This document shows, piece by piece, positions 13,210 through 26,420 of a stretch of DNA of 64,000 nt; the first letter of the stretch is position 1; each line of letters starts with the position of its first letter. The notes below the pieces were generated by a model. The model did no database searches, was not told where the DNA came from, and saw only the letters and a list, made by a program, of their open reading frames with translations. The translations under genes were made by a program, and so were the position numbers. Source of the stretch: Eledone cirrhosa (lineage: Eukaryota); the NCBI GenBank assembly GCA_964016885.1, contig OZ024742.1, forward strand, positions 95,852,001 to 95,916,000, written 5' to 3'.

Positions 13210-13937
13210 CTCACTCTTTTAAGTTGTAAATTAGACTGGTTATCTACGCACGTGGCTGACACATTTCAGCTCGCTACTATATTGTTATATAATGGATGAT
13301 CGCATTTAAAGTCCGTTAAAGGTTCTTGGCACTACCATTGTTACCATCGTTTTCCTCTAGCCATGGGGCTTGGAGACATGAACCGAATGCTACCATTCTA
13401 TTTTATAATGTGAACTGCTATTTCTAAAAGCCATCTTTTCACCCCTTGATAATTTGTGTGGAGAGACGTTGGCTGAGTGCTTATGACAGGAACGAAAAGA
13501 TTGATTCTTTTTAGCTTCCCGTCCTCATGTAAAATTTGTAAATCAATGGCTAGTTGAGAGATAAAGTCCTATTGGTTGCCAGTTGCTAATTGCTTTACCG
13601 TGTTGGTTGTCACAAACAGTCATGACTGGCATGGGCCGGTGTTTGGATTCTGTCGATTGATTGGTTATTGATTAGGTGATACCCGCTGATGAAGCTGCAT
13701 AAGCCGATTGTGCATTGTTGCATAATATATGCAGACAGATGGTGCAGTGCACCTTACTGCTGCATTAGTGCGGCAGAAACTCGAGTCTGGGAACCTTATA
13801 GGCACCCGTTTTACGTGTGTTGTGTTGAGGCAAATAACTATGTGTATACTCTGGTAATGTATCTTACATTGCCCATTGAGTGCGCTGAGATGCAACCGGT
13901 ACTGGCATTGATAAATATGCTGGGTCCATCAACCTTT
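13210..13937 (+). mobile_element. TA-flanked insert with hammerhead, probable Penelope-like 3' end
   Basis: Bounded by TA runs; hammerhead at 13682-13791; CATTGAGTGC at 13874. Confidence 0.7.
13682..13791 (+). ncRNA. Type I hammerhead motif with large stem II insertion
   Basis: cccg CTGATGA a gctgca ...~70 nt... tgcggc a GAAAC tcga GTC tggg; palindromic stem III ACTCGAGT. Confidence 0.75.
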
Positions 13938-14542
13938 ATTATATATATATATATATAAATACATAATCGGAGAAAGCTAAAAGCGATACTCCGGCCAAAT
14001 TCGAACTCACTCAACAAACATTAGGAAATACCTGAGTATATTCCTAATTAAATGTTCGGGGTGCTAACTAATTGTATTGTGTGGAAAATTGGGTGTATCA
14101 TTTCATATGAGATATATCAAATATATCTCTTCCCAGATGGATGTCTCGTTTCACTATAAGATTTCTACAAGTTGGGTGAAATTATACCAATTTATGTAGA
14201 ATCTTGTATAAGATCAACAGATACTTATTCAAGTGGGCTCTTATAATTCTTCAGTGGGTGCCCAATAATATTAATATTGATAACCAAATCAACATCAATA
14301 TTTAGCGATAATCACCATCAGTGCTTGAGGGAGCTGCTAGGTTGTTAGTCCAACAGTTCTAAAGAAAATCTCACACTGTCTCGAAAATAGGAGGAAGGAG
14401 ACTACCGCCAAAAAACAATACATGCGCAGGTCAATGAATTCTGAAAAGAATTCAAGCCACGTGGTAGAACTCAATTGGATATGAAAAAATAACCATATGT
14501 GTGCATCGCTTGATGACACACACAGATATTTTCTCGGGCAAA

Positions 14543-14946
14543 AAGAAGAAGAAGAAGAAGAAGAAGAAAGGGGCAGATAGAAATTATGAAGGCCAAGCAG
14601 AGTTTCACATAGAATGTTGTAATCATGGAATTATTAATTTTAATATTTTTATCACTATAACCCCACCATTTTGACAGGTATTTTGACAGTATATATATAT
14701 ATGTGTGTATATATTTATGTATATATATATATATATATATACATAAATATATACACACACATATATACATATATATATATATACACACATATATATATAC
14801 TGGCATAATACTTGTCAAAATGGTGGGGTTATAGTGATAAAAATATTAAAATTAATAATTCCATGATTACAACATTCTATGTGAAACTCTGCTTGGCCTT
14901 CATAATTTCTATCTGCCCCTTTCTTCTTCTTCTTCTTCTTCTTCTT
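14543..14946. repeat. ~150-bp inverted repeat centred on a TA/CA tract (14543-14692 / 14797-14946)
   Basis: Arms are near-exact reverse complements including the (AAG)n/(CTT)n ends. Confidence 0.92.
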
Positions 14947-15984
14947 CTTCTTCTTCTTCTTCTTCTTCTTCTTCTTCTTCTTCTTCTTCTTCTTCTTCTT
15001 CTTCTTCTTCTAATACTGGTCATTACCTTACTTCATTTTAAATTCATTTAAACCAATTATGGTAATATTAACCATTATGTACATAATGGTTTACATGCTG
15101 CTACAAGAACAAAAAACAATTATAATAGGCATAAACATCAACCCTTTGACTGGTCAGTAGGTGGATTTGTTGTTGTTATAGATTATATGCATATATCAGT
15201 AGATATACATAAATAGATAGTTAAAGACAGACAGGCAGATAGATAGACAGATAATTTTGTTGTTATTGACATTCTTGTCTATTCAAAAGCCTTCCATACA
15301 TTTTCTGTTTACCCAATTCCACCTACAAGGCTTGAGTTGATCCAATTTGCCCAATATGTCACACTGGTGGTACTCATGATGCCAAAGCAAACCTCTTATC
15401 TTAACCATTCAACGATGTTTATGTTTATATATCATAAACATCATCAATATTTACTGTTCATTTTTCCATGCTGGCATAGGTTGGACAGGTCCTGAGAAAC
15501 CAACTCAGTACTTAATCAAGAGCTACATTCCATTCTGGTGTGTTTTCTATGACTGGATGTTATTCCTAATACCAACCACTTTACAGAGTGTACTGAGTAG
15601 ATTTCATCATGATATCAATACTAGGAAATTATCATCTTGATAAAACTAAGGATGTCTCTATATATCAATAAGACAGACACTGGTGGTATTACTGTTATAT
15701 AGTTTTTATCAATACCAACATGATGGAAGGTAAATTTAGTTGTAGCAACATTTGAACTCAGCACATATACAAAAGAACTTGAATATTGTAAAATATAAAG
15801 AATTGAATCCAGATTTTAGCTATTTCTGCTAACGGTTCACTTGACTGTCAATTCATCTATCAAACCCTGTGCTTGCCCCAGCTCTTACTTTTATATGAAT
15901 TCATTTGTTCCGTCCCACATTTACTATAAACCTTATGTATATAATATTTGTTGAATTATAATGTGTAAATCGTAAATCTTTCTG

Positions 15985-16140
15985 ATTGGATTTGCAGAAC
16001 TATTAGAATGTCAAACAAAATACTTTGCAGTATTTGTTCCAGCTCTTTACATTCTGAGTTCAAATCTTCATGAGGTTATCTTTGTATTTCATCCATCCTA
16101 GTTTAATGAAAATTGCTGAACTTGTGCCTAATCTATAAAT
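15985..16140 (+). mobile_element. Decayed tRNA-derived SINE
   Basis: B-box 'gagttcaaatc', 'tttcatcc' core and 'cttgtgcctaa' tail resemble the 53.1-53.5 kb SINEs. Confidence 0.6.
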
Positions 16141-19100
16141 TATCATCATCAACATCACCATCATCATCATTATCATCATCATCATTTTTATTATTATTAT
16201 TATCACTATCATTAGTATTATCAGTATTGTTGTTGTAAATATTATTATAATGCAAATCTAATATCATTTCATATACACCTGCATGTAATATCATGAGAAC
16301 TTTGTATGTAATATGATGGAAAATTTTATATTACAATATTAAAAGGCACAGGTATATCTATTGTGAAACAAATTGTTTAACGTTCATATTTCATATTTCA
16401 TTTCATCTGATTAATGTTAAAGAAATCCTGAAATAAGTAGATGAGGTAGATGCGTCATTAATTGTCTCTGTTATTCTCCATTCAACCAATAATTGCATCC
16501 ATCACCAGAAAAGGCGAGGAGTGAAAGAGAGAATATTTGTGGAAAATTCAAGTGGAAAATTTGTTCACATTTACCTCTAACCTCTCTGTAACTGTTGTCT
16601 GTTTTGTCCAATTACAAACGACATTCAATCAGATAGACAGTATTCAGTATAATGTGAGATGTATCTTTGATATTATTCAGACTTCTGAGAGAGAATACTT
16701 GATTAATCGTAGACCTTTCCTATGAAAAGTCAGCCCGCTAATAAGCTTTAGAGCAAAAATAAAATATTCGACAGATTTTTGTCATCGATAATGAAGCAGG
16801 AGTCGTGCAAAGGTGACTTGCTATTATTGGAGAAGGTAATTTACACACACATAGCAAGAGAGACTGATGTAACGACTTTTGTTCGGATTTACTTGTTCAT
16901 TGCCTTTTCGTCAGTGATTTGCTGATTAGCATGAACATTGGAAAGATTTATTGAGAAATAGCTAACACAGCAACAACAAAAACAATGGTAATAACAATTA
17001 CAACAACAGCAGTAATAAATGTAGTAACAACAACCACACTAGTAATAAGAACAATGGCAATAACAACAACAACAACAACAGTACTAACAACAATGGCAAG
17101 AAGAGAAAGCAATATCATGAACTATAACAACGGCAACCATATTAAGACCAACAGTAAGTGAGGAAATAGAGAGATAGATAGGGAGAGAGAGAGAGAGAGA
17201 GTGAGAGAAAGAGAGAGAGGGGGAGAGAGAGCAATGATGATATCATGAACTACAACAGTTTGAACAATGAAACTAGAATTATTAAGAAAAAGTTGGTAAG
17301 AAATGCCATAGAATGCTGGAAGTAATGATATGACCTATAAACAATTAATGTCCTTGATTCAGCAGTATATTTATTGTAATTCTAGCATTGTTGAGAGGTG
17401 AGTATATTTAAGTAGTATTGACTTTCTGCTGAAGTCAGTAAAAGATTCCACAGAAACAATTCTTGTGTAAATAACTATGCAATCTAAGCTACTCTTTAAA
17501 AGAGGTTTGATTATAAATTCTTCCTAATTTCAAACTGTGCGTGTGTAAGAGGTGACATCAACAATCTTCTATAATTAATCGATTCTGTTCGATGGAGTAC
17601 TGGGCAAATAAATTACACTATGTGTTATAATGTTTTTGTATGTTTTGAGTTCATATCCTGTCTTCTTCAGCTCGGTATTGTGACCATCAGATATTATCAG
17701 CAAGGGTGGAGAGATGCTGTGCTGAATAGGACCCGTCCAACCCTTGCAATCAGGGAAAAGTAGACGTAAAATGATGATGATGATGATGTGTGTGTGTGTG
17801 TTTCTAATGGCTGGAGCCTGTATATGATTGAAATATATATGATCGAACAGTTCGGGTTCAGATAAACTTACCCTTGTGTTTCCTAAAGTGTTGCCCAGGG
17901 AACGAAAGAGTTTTGCAAAGAAATTTTGGACATCTGTGAGATATGCCTCTTTTCATTAAAAACAAATCATTATATGAACAAATTATCTTCCTAAAACAAC
18001 ATTATGTTTCATTAAATCATCATCATCATCACTGTTTTACGTCCATTCTTCCATGTTAGCATAGGTTAGACAGATTGTCTTATTAAAATTGTGGTATTGA
18101 AGATTGTCTGCAAAAATATATATATAGATTCCATATTTTTTAGAAAATTGTATACATTTTTCACAACAAAATAAGTTTCAGAGCCACTGGTTCATTTGAA
18201 TCACTGATTATTTGATTGAACCAATTGAATTGATGATTGGTTTTGTTTGGTAATGTACTGAATAAATAAATATAGTGTATTACTTTATGTTTTGAGTTCA
18301 AATACCGCCAGAGATAATTCTGTTTTTCATGAGGTTCATAAAATATGTAAGAGTCATTAACTGAGAAAGGGAGAGTTGTTAGAACTTTGGAGAGAATGAA
18401 TTGCAGTATTTGATTTCGCTCTCAAGGCTAAATTTGCCTTTCATTCTTTCGATGTCGAAAACAAAAAAACGTTCCAGTCCAGTACTAGAGTTTAATTCCT
18501 CTTTATCGAATTTTATATTTTCTCCTTTTCTGGTTGTGTTCAGGCCTGAATATGAGATGGGCTCCACCCAGTTTAAAATGCTCAAGATATACTATATGTC
18601 ACTATGGCAATATTAGGAGTTACACGTCCATATATACAAATATGTTTTCATGTGTTCAATAAAACTTTCTTTAATTACAATCAGATCAGTTATAAAACTA
18701 ATCAATTTTCCAAACAAAATACTCCCTGCTTGACTAATGAGATCTGACTGTAAATAAAATGAAAATGAGTCTGTTATGCTTTAGATAGGCCACTTCTCAT
18801 TGCTCCCAATAGTGCCATCCACTATAGTAAAACAATAGAATCCAAGAAAAATAATGATCATTAGCTTTGATAAAAATTGATATAAATAATTCAAATAATT
18901 GAATACAATTTTCGCCTTAAGACAAAATGTATAATTTATGCGTTTGTGTTCCTCATATGTATGCATTTATATATACTATTGACAGGCCACTGAGATCAGC
19001 TGTTATTGCATTTCATTGTATTTGTTTATAACATGGGATTGGTGTATATTAGTTAATGTTGAAGTTTTAGGAAACGACAGTCATATATGTATGTATGTAT

Positions 19101-19157
19101 ATATATACACACACGCACGCACATATATGTATGTATGTATATATATATATATATATA

Positions 19158-19343
19158 TTAATTTTATTAAGGGTAAATAGTAAGTCTTTTTAATCTGGAG
19201 TTCTGCTTGCTTCTCACAGGGACTCTCACAGGATGAGAAGCAGGCGAAACTCCAGAGTAACAAGACTCACTTGATAGCCTTAATAAAATTAATTTTAAAC
19301 TCTACACAGGCATTGAGTACTCTTTTCTCTCAGCCTCAACTAC
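19158..19343 (+). mobile_element. Short fold-back insert (arms 19158-19216 / 19234-19292) with hammerhead 3' half
   Basis: GAAAC tccaga GTA at 19246; CATTGAGTAC at 19311; TA flank. Confidence 0.7.
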
Positions 19344-19499
19344 ATATGGATATATCATCATCAGCATCATCATCGTTTAACATCTATCTTCCATGCTAGC
19401 ATGGGTTAGACGGTTTTGTTCCATTTGATGCGGGAATGGTCAGGAGACCGTGTTTCGCTCGTACAGAAGTGTCTTTGGTCAGTTTTTTACAGCTGGATA

Positions 19500-19735
19500 T
19501 ATACATTTATTTTTTATCATTTATTTTGTTTTGACCTGTTTAGCTTGATTTGATTTTTGGCTTGGGTAGTTAATGCCTTCTTGACCACCTTTTCAGTTTT
19601 GTATGGCTTCTTAACACATTGTTTAGCTCTGGTTTTTAACTATTGAGCACTTTGCCAGTATCATTTTTGATTTTTGCATTTCGCTTCGCCTTTCGTGCCT
19701 GCCGAAATGCAATTCTCGCTGAATCTTTATTTGTA
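19500..19735 (+). mobile_element. Insert homologous to 32290-32500
   Basis: Shared 'ttttggctt.ggt.gttaatg.cttctt.acca...gttttgtatggc' and ATTGAGC motif. Confidence 0.7.
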
Positions 19736-19737
19736 TA

Positions 19738-20143
19738 TACACCTCTCCAAGACAATGTCACTGGCGCTACACTGTAATACAGAAGACCCTCCTTGCCTAA
19801 GTACAAAGCGAAACCTACAGTCAGTAGGCACCTCTTAACAAAAATACCCCCCCCCCCCCGCCCCACTACCTCCAACCCATCCACACCACCCCTTTCGATG
19901 TAAAGTTATGTTGGTGCCACAACATTCAGTCCAAAATAACACACAGTCCACGCTGTAATGTGGCCGTGTATGTAACACGGTAAAAACCTCCCAGTCCACA
20001 CTGTAAACGTGGTTGGTGTTAGGAAGGGCATCCAGCCATAGAAAACCCGCCAGACAGTCCTATACGAGCAAGACAACCAATCTTGCCTCAAGTGGGAAAA
20101 TGCCCATCTAAACCCAAGCAAGCGTGGAAGATGGACGTTAAAC

Positions 20144-20176
<33 letters not shown>
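19738..20176 (+). mobile_element. RTE LINE 3' end (subfamily of the 57.9-58.8 kb copy)
   Basis: Collinear with about 58299-58769; (GAT)n tail. Confidence 0.88.
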
Positions 20177-21673
20177 ATATATATATATATATATAATTAT
20201 CATCATCATCACTATAATCTTCACCATACAACGTCTATGTTGTCATAGGCTAAGTCAGTATTAACGTTGATTTACTGACATCTCAAATGGACAAGGAGTG
20301 GTGGGTGGGCTGCATCTTACAGAACTCATATATTGCTACATGATACCAGTTGGATTTTCAAGGAATAGTTTCATATTTTTTCTTGACGAAGACACATATT
20401 CTCTATTCAGGAGTTGTATGTATGAACCACAAGTACTAATCATCAGTTATGATGTTTGTGGCTCATACTTGCAACTCCTGATAATGGAGAATCTGTGGTT
20501 TTATCAACAAAGATTATAAAACAACTAGTTCTTTGACAAAATCCAACTAATGCTATGTATTAATATATATAAATTACCTCAGCTTTTAATAATTGACTAT
20601 CTTTCTTCGTGTGGGGCATAGGAATTTTATCCTTGAAACCACTAATTTGTTAAGGTTTCCTTAACAAATATTGGAGGACAGATTGGAATCCATTCAGCTT
20701 ATGCTTTTAATGAAGTTCTTAACAACTATGGTGAAGGGTGACATAATTCTACATCGATGTAGAATTTTTCGTTGGTCTTTCAGTAAAGTTTACACAAAGG
20801 AGTATTTAAAAATAGAATAACTTCAAGGTAGTTAACTATAGTTAGTAGCTTGTTAGTTTTAAGTAAAATGTAGAAAAATGCATCAATAAAACCCTTTGTA
20901 AATATGTCCAATGTGTATCCATTTGTGTGTTTGATATATTAAGCTAATCGTTGCTGTGGCCAAACTCTAGTGCTCTACATTTCTTGATATGTACATTTAA
21001 GATGTAAAATACTACAAAACCACACCCATTCATGCTATTATATGAATCCATACATATATCAAAACAAAAGAGTCTTTGTTTTGTGTCGGATTGAGCTACT
21101 AGAAATAATAACCAAATCCCCCTCATATCACAAACTATTTTATTATTCAATAACATACATTGGTAAAAACCTACATGATGGTCATGTCTAGAATGCTTTC
21201 CATCATGAATCTGCACAGACATGGCTGACTTGGCTCTAAACAACAGCAACAATTACATCCAGCAGCATTGTTACTGCATCCTATTGTTGGCAATAATGAT
21301 CCTTGTTCCAAGTGATCTCTGACCTATCAACAAAGGGTTTATAGCAGTCATACTGAAATCAGTCCAAACATAGGCATCTTTCTCTCATTCTTTCTCAGTA
21401 TCACTCTCAGTGTAAGTGTGTGCATGCCCCCCCCCCCCCCCCAGGCACAAACATCCCTCTCCCTCTCTGTCTTCTCTATGTGTGCTTGTGTGTTGTATTC
21501 TTAATGTTTCTCTCAAAATTCACATCATATCAAAATAAATAGTTTATTTATATATATTTAATAATTTCATAGTAACTTTATTTTCCTCCCCTGTCTGTAA
21601 CTTCATTTGCAATTAAAGCAATGTGGTTAATAAATAGAGACAGAAAGACGGATAGATAAATGGATGGTTGTAA

Positions 21674-21750
<77 letters not shown>

Positions 21751-21785
21751 GAAACACACAGATACACGCGGACACACACATATAT

Positions 21786-22123
21786 ACATGAATGCATCCG
21801 CACCCAACTGTGAGTTAAGGGTGCCAACTTCACCGATGTTGCTCAATGAATGACTGGCTTAGCTCTGTTTCTCGACCGTTATATCGCGTGACTGTCTCCC
21901 CCTCCGCCTTTTGGGATTCTTTCTCACGTCGTGTAGACGCGTTCTTGAGACTAGTAAAATGAGGTATCCTCTTGATAAGTCGGCAGACCTCGCAAGGACT
22001 CTATATCTTTGATATATTGTTTTTGTTTATGCCACGAAACTACGTAGTCGAGGAATTTAGGAACAGTTTAGGTATGATACATTTTATTACTAATTATATC
22101 TAAATGTTTCTTCTCTCTTCATA
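21786..22123 (+). mobile_element. TA-flanked insert carrying an intact-looking variant hammerhead
   Basis: CpG-rich island between TA tracts; hammerhead ends about 70 nt before the 3' junction. Confidence 0.75.
21967..22054 (+). ncRNA. Type I hammerhead motif, U3-A8 core variant
   Basis: tcctc TTGATAA gt c ggca ... tgcc ac GAAAC tacgta GTC gagga; perfect 5-bp stem I, palindromic stem III ACTACGTAGT. Confidence 0.82.
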
Positions 22124-22206
<83 letters not shown>

Positions 22207-22265
22207 CACACACACATATATATGTGTATATCATCATCATTTTACGTCTGCTTTTCCTTGCTTGC

Positions 22266-22304
<39 letters not shown>

Positions 22305-22788
22305 GAAGAAAGAGAGAGTATATAATGAATGACTATAGAGATAGATAGGTCTATGTTGTATACATTAAAAAATATATAATTATCATTATAGCTATCTGAT
22401 TACTAGGGAGTTGAAAAGTAAGGATGAGTGAGAGAGAGAGAGATTGTGTGTGGGTGTGTATGCACATGTGTGGTGGTTTTGGGAGGAGTAACCAATTAGC
22501 TGCATCAAAGGTTACAGAAGTCTCTTGGAATTCAAACAAAAACATTTAAGAAGCATTATCTAATTCTACTCCTCCCCCACAGTCTTCTTCTTTATTTCTT
22601 TTCTTCTTTCTTGGTTCTTTGTTTTTCTTTCCTTCTTTCTGTCTTAATTTTGCAATTCTTTTATTTAACTTTATTACTAATACCTCATTTCAGGTGTAAT
22701 TTACTTTTAGGCATTATTCTTGCCACTTTTATCTAAATCTATCTAATTATAGATACATATATATACATACATATAAACACATACATAC

Positions 22789-22842
<54 letters not shown>

Positions 22843-22846
<4 letters not shown>

Positions 22847-23209
22847 ACGGAAGAGTTGTAGTAAGGAACCACATGGACCATAACGCACCAGAGTACTCAA
22901 TATTAGGGTAGTAGAGTGGGTAATAGGAGAAAGTATGACTCCGACGGCAGACCTCAAGCCGTTTCGATGGCTATTTTTGGACTAAAGTAAGAGTTTTTTT
23001 TTTAGTCTTGTAAATAAATAGCCAAACCTTTCAAGGGTACTTTCTTACATGGAAAGATTGTAGTTGTCAAGGGGATTGGTCAAAATTTGTAGCGGACACA
23101 GAAAGTTTGGCTATTTATTTACAAGACTAAAAAAAAAACTCTTCCTTTATTCCAGAAATAGTCGTCTAAATGGCTTGAGCTCTGCCACCGGGGTCATACT
23201 TTCTCCTAT
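22843..23209 (-). mobile_element. Family-A insert with fold-back arms 22923-23032 / 23101-23209
   Basis: Homologous to 5615-5821; the longer copy reveals the hammerhead 5' half. Confidence 0.85.
22939..23037 (-). ncRNA. Hammerhead-like motif with long stems II and III, U3-A8-type core
   Basis: Minus: ccc TTGAAAG gtt tggctattt ... aaatagcca tc GAAACGGC-loop-GCCGTC ggag. Confidence 0.55.
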
Positions 23210-23221
23210 ATATATATAAAT

Positions 23222-23630
23222 ATAAACGGAAAAAATGAAACGAAATTTCATTTCCCACTCTTAGTACGGCTGTCACTTAAATATAAGTATGTACACGTAC
23301 ATACATATATGTATACAGACGTACAGTAGTATGTATATATATATATATACATACATGCACACATATATATATGTACGTATGGATTCACCGAACATTTATT
23401 ATAATGCTTGGTGTGTTTGTAAACAAACCTCCCGTATTAAGCCGTAGTGTCCAGCAACCATCGTTGCTCGTTTGTTCAACACTGACAAAGGAACGTTGTA
23501 CTAGTTTCAAGCTTATTAGATATCGTGAGCAACGTATACCTTCCTGCCAGATTGTTGAACGTATATACTTACCTTATGCATATTAACGGCTGAGAAGCCC
23601 AATTTGCATATCGAGTGGGTTAATCGGTAT
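23222..23630 (-). mobile_element. Family-B insert with degenerate hammerhead at 23493-23535
   Basis: Homologous to 29688-30150; minus strand acgttg CTCACGA ... GAAAC ta GTA caacgt. Confidence 0.8.
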
Positions 23631-23674
23631 ATATATATAAATATATATATACTTATATATATATATATATATAT

Positions 23675-23754
<80 letters not shown>

Positions 23755-23775
23755 TTATATATATATATATATACT

Positions 23776-23864
<89 letters not shown>

Positions 23865-23897
23865 TTATATATGTATATACTTATATATATATATATA

Positions 23898-23944
<47 letters not shown>

Positions 23945-24043
23945 TTATATATATATATATATATATACTTATATATATATATATATACTTATATATAATA
24001 AATAAATAACAAAGAACGCTTATAGCATATGCATATCTTTACT

Positions 24044-24089
24044 TGCTAACATTGTTTCATCCACACTATAAGTGGGACTCATCAGAGCA
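24044..24089 (-). ncRNA. Type I hammerhead motif at the Penelope-like 3' end
   Basis: Minus: tgct CTGATGA gtcc cac ttata gtg t ggat GAAAC aat GTT agca. Confidence 0.82.
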
Positions 24090-24775
24090 TAAAGGTTAAT
24101 TACATACCATACAAGCAATAATAAATCCAAGACATTGAAGAATGAAAGGTAATAATAGACGATAGAGGATAAGAATAAAAAATAAAAATAAAAGTAAAAA
24201 TAAAAAATAAAAATAAAAATAAAAATAAGGGGTGCTATCTGTCACAGTTGGGCGGTGTGCTGTCAACATATAGTTACATACAAGCATACACATGGATAAG
24301 AGAACAGACAAGAGTAGACACATGGATAAGAGAACAGACAAGAGTAGATAAGATAATGGGATTAGGTAAGAGTAGGTAAAAAATAGGTAAAAAATAGGTA
24401 AAAAACAGACTTATAATATATATAAAAAGAAATACAAAGAAATACATAACAAACTTACATATAAAATATAAAATATAGGGTAAGGAATGAGATAAAATAA
24501 TATACAATTAAAAATTAAAAATTATATACATAGAACATAATATAGTATAATCGTAAAATAAGATAAAATAAGGTAAACTAAAATCAAATAACATAGACTA
24601 AATTAAAATTAAAATCAAATGTGTAATTATAATTATATGTATAATTAAATGTAATTAAATGTAATTAAATGTAATTAAATAAATAAATAAAGAAATAAAT
24701 AAATAAAAATTAAATAAATAAATAAAATTAAAATTAAAATTTTAAAATTTTAAAATTAAAATCTAAATTTAAATA

Positions 24776-24818
<43 letters not shown>

Positions 24819-24914
24819 ATGGAGTCAAGTAAGTAAATAAATAAAATTAGATAACATGAAATGAAATAAAATAAAATGAAATAAAGTAAATTGAGATAAG
24901 ATATATATTTTTTT

Positions 24915-25290
24915 AGAATATATCTCTTGAATATACCAGGGGCCCACGAAGGCACTAAATGTCACAGTTATGTGTATCACTTGACCAATTTTTCAAAATA
25001 TATTTCTTGAAAACATCAGGGACCCACGAAGGCACTAAGTGTCACAGTCACCAGTATCACTTGACCATTGCAAGGCAATGGAGGCGTCCCAGGTTGGGCA
25101 GTCTCGAAAGTTCACTCGAAAGTCATGGGTGTGCATTCACACAGTTGAGCGGTGGGGTAATCACAAACCGGTTCACACACCAATTTTTTTTAAATATATT
25201 TCTTGAAAACATCAGGGGCCCACGAAGGCGCTAAGTGTCACAGTCACCAGTATCACTCGAGCGGTGGGGTAATCACAAACCGGTTCAACA
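24915..25290. repeat. Three imperfect tandem copies of a ~70-bp unit in the Penelope-like 3' region
   Basis: 'cagggg.ccacgaaggc.ctaa.tgtcacagt...gtatcact' near 24937, 25017 and 25213; 'gagcggtggggtaatcacaaaccggttca' occurs twice. Confidence 0.85.
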
Positions 25291-26420
25291 CGGGCAGGAG
25301 TCAAATGGTCAGAGAGGTGCATCAAAGGAGGTAGAAGAATTCACATGCATTAGCAGGCGTGAGGTTAAAGCAAGCAGATACAGTTGTAGCGCATACAAAA
25401 TATAAAAAGATAGCTTCAAGAGCCATTAAGTCACCGCATTGGGACATCACAAGATTGTACACATCAATATGTTCAGTACGTATATGCACGTATACACACC
25501 ACATGCACATGCAGAGACGGTATACATATATATATATATATTTTTTTTTATATATACACACAGACACATACAACCACCTACACCCATACACATATAAATG
25601 TATACACGGGCACACACGCACACACACACAGCGTAGGACACCCGGGTCAAAGCCGATATTAAATACGATATTAAATACAATATTAAATATTAAACACCGA
25701 AATACCACATTAGATCAGACCCACCACCACAGGTAATATATTCAAAACAAATACATACGATGAGATGTATTAAAATAAAGTTGAAATCCTACGGAGATAT
25801 TCATGTCTGCACGTGCCATTGACCGATTCGAGTGTACACAGACCGTTAGTAACTACGGAGGGTCATCGGGGCCAAAACGTTACTTTCGGGATCATAAAAA
25901 CGACCGTCAATATAAGGAAGGCCGATCGTGCTAGAAAGACTACAACCCCGGGTAAGAGTTCCCAGAGGTCAGCCTGTAGATCTTGAACCACAGAATATGA
26001 GGGCAACACATATATGCGCCACGTATCCACTGCTTACGGCAGGATGGCACGGGTCCGCCACAGTTACAGACTAAATTTCTACTAGTGCAGCCTAAATCAC
26101 AGTACACGCTTTACATAGATACATTACATCACAACTCATGCGCATACAGAGGTACAGATCAACAAGATATACGTCAGGATAGGTCCACCAATGCACTAAT
26201 GGTGGGTAGGCCAGCGTGGATGGGTTACATCCACTGTACCAAACAGGGGTGCTTATTAACATACACTCCCCTGCACACCCCAATATCAAGATCAATATCC
26301 TCCCACAGGCATACGTATACATTCACAGACTCGTATACATAGACGACCAACATTAGGAGACAGTTACACTCAGTCAGAGACAGTTACACAAGACAGCCCA
26401 ACTGGAGGAATAAGGACGTG

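Noticed and set aside
24915-25290. Repeat-spacer pattern resembling a CRISPR array
   Set aside because: Only three long imperfect units with irregular spacing, eukaryotic context, no cas genes.
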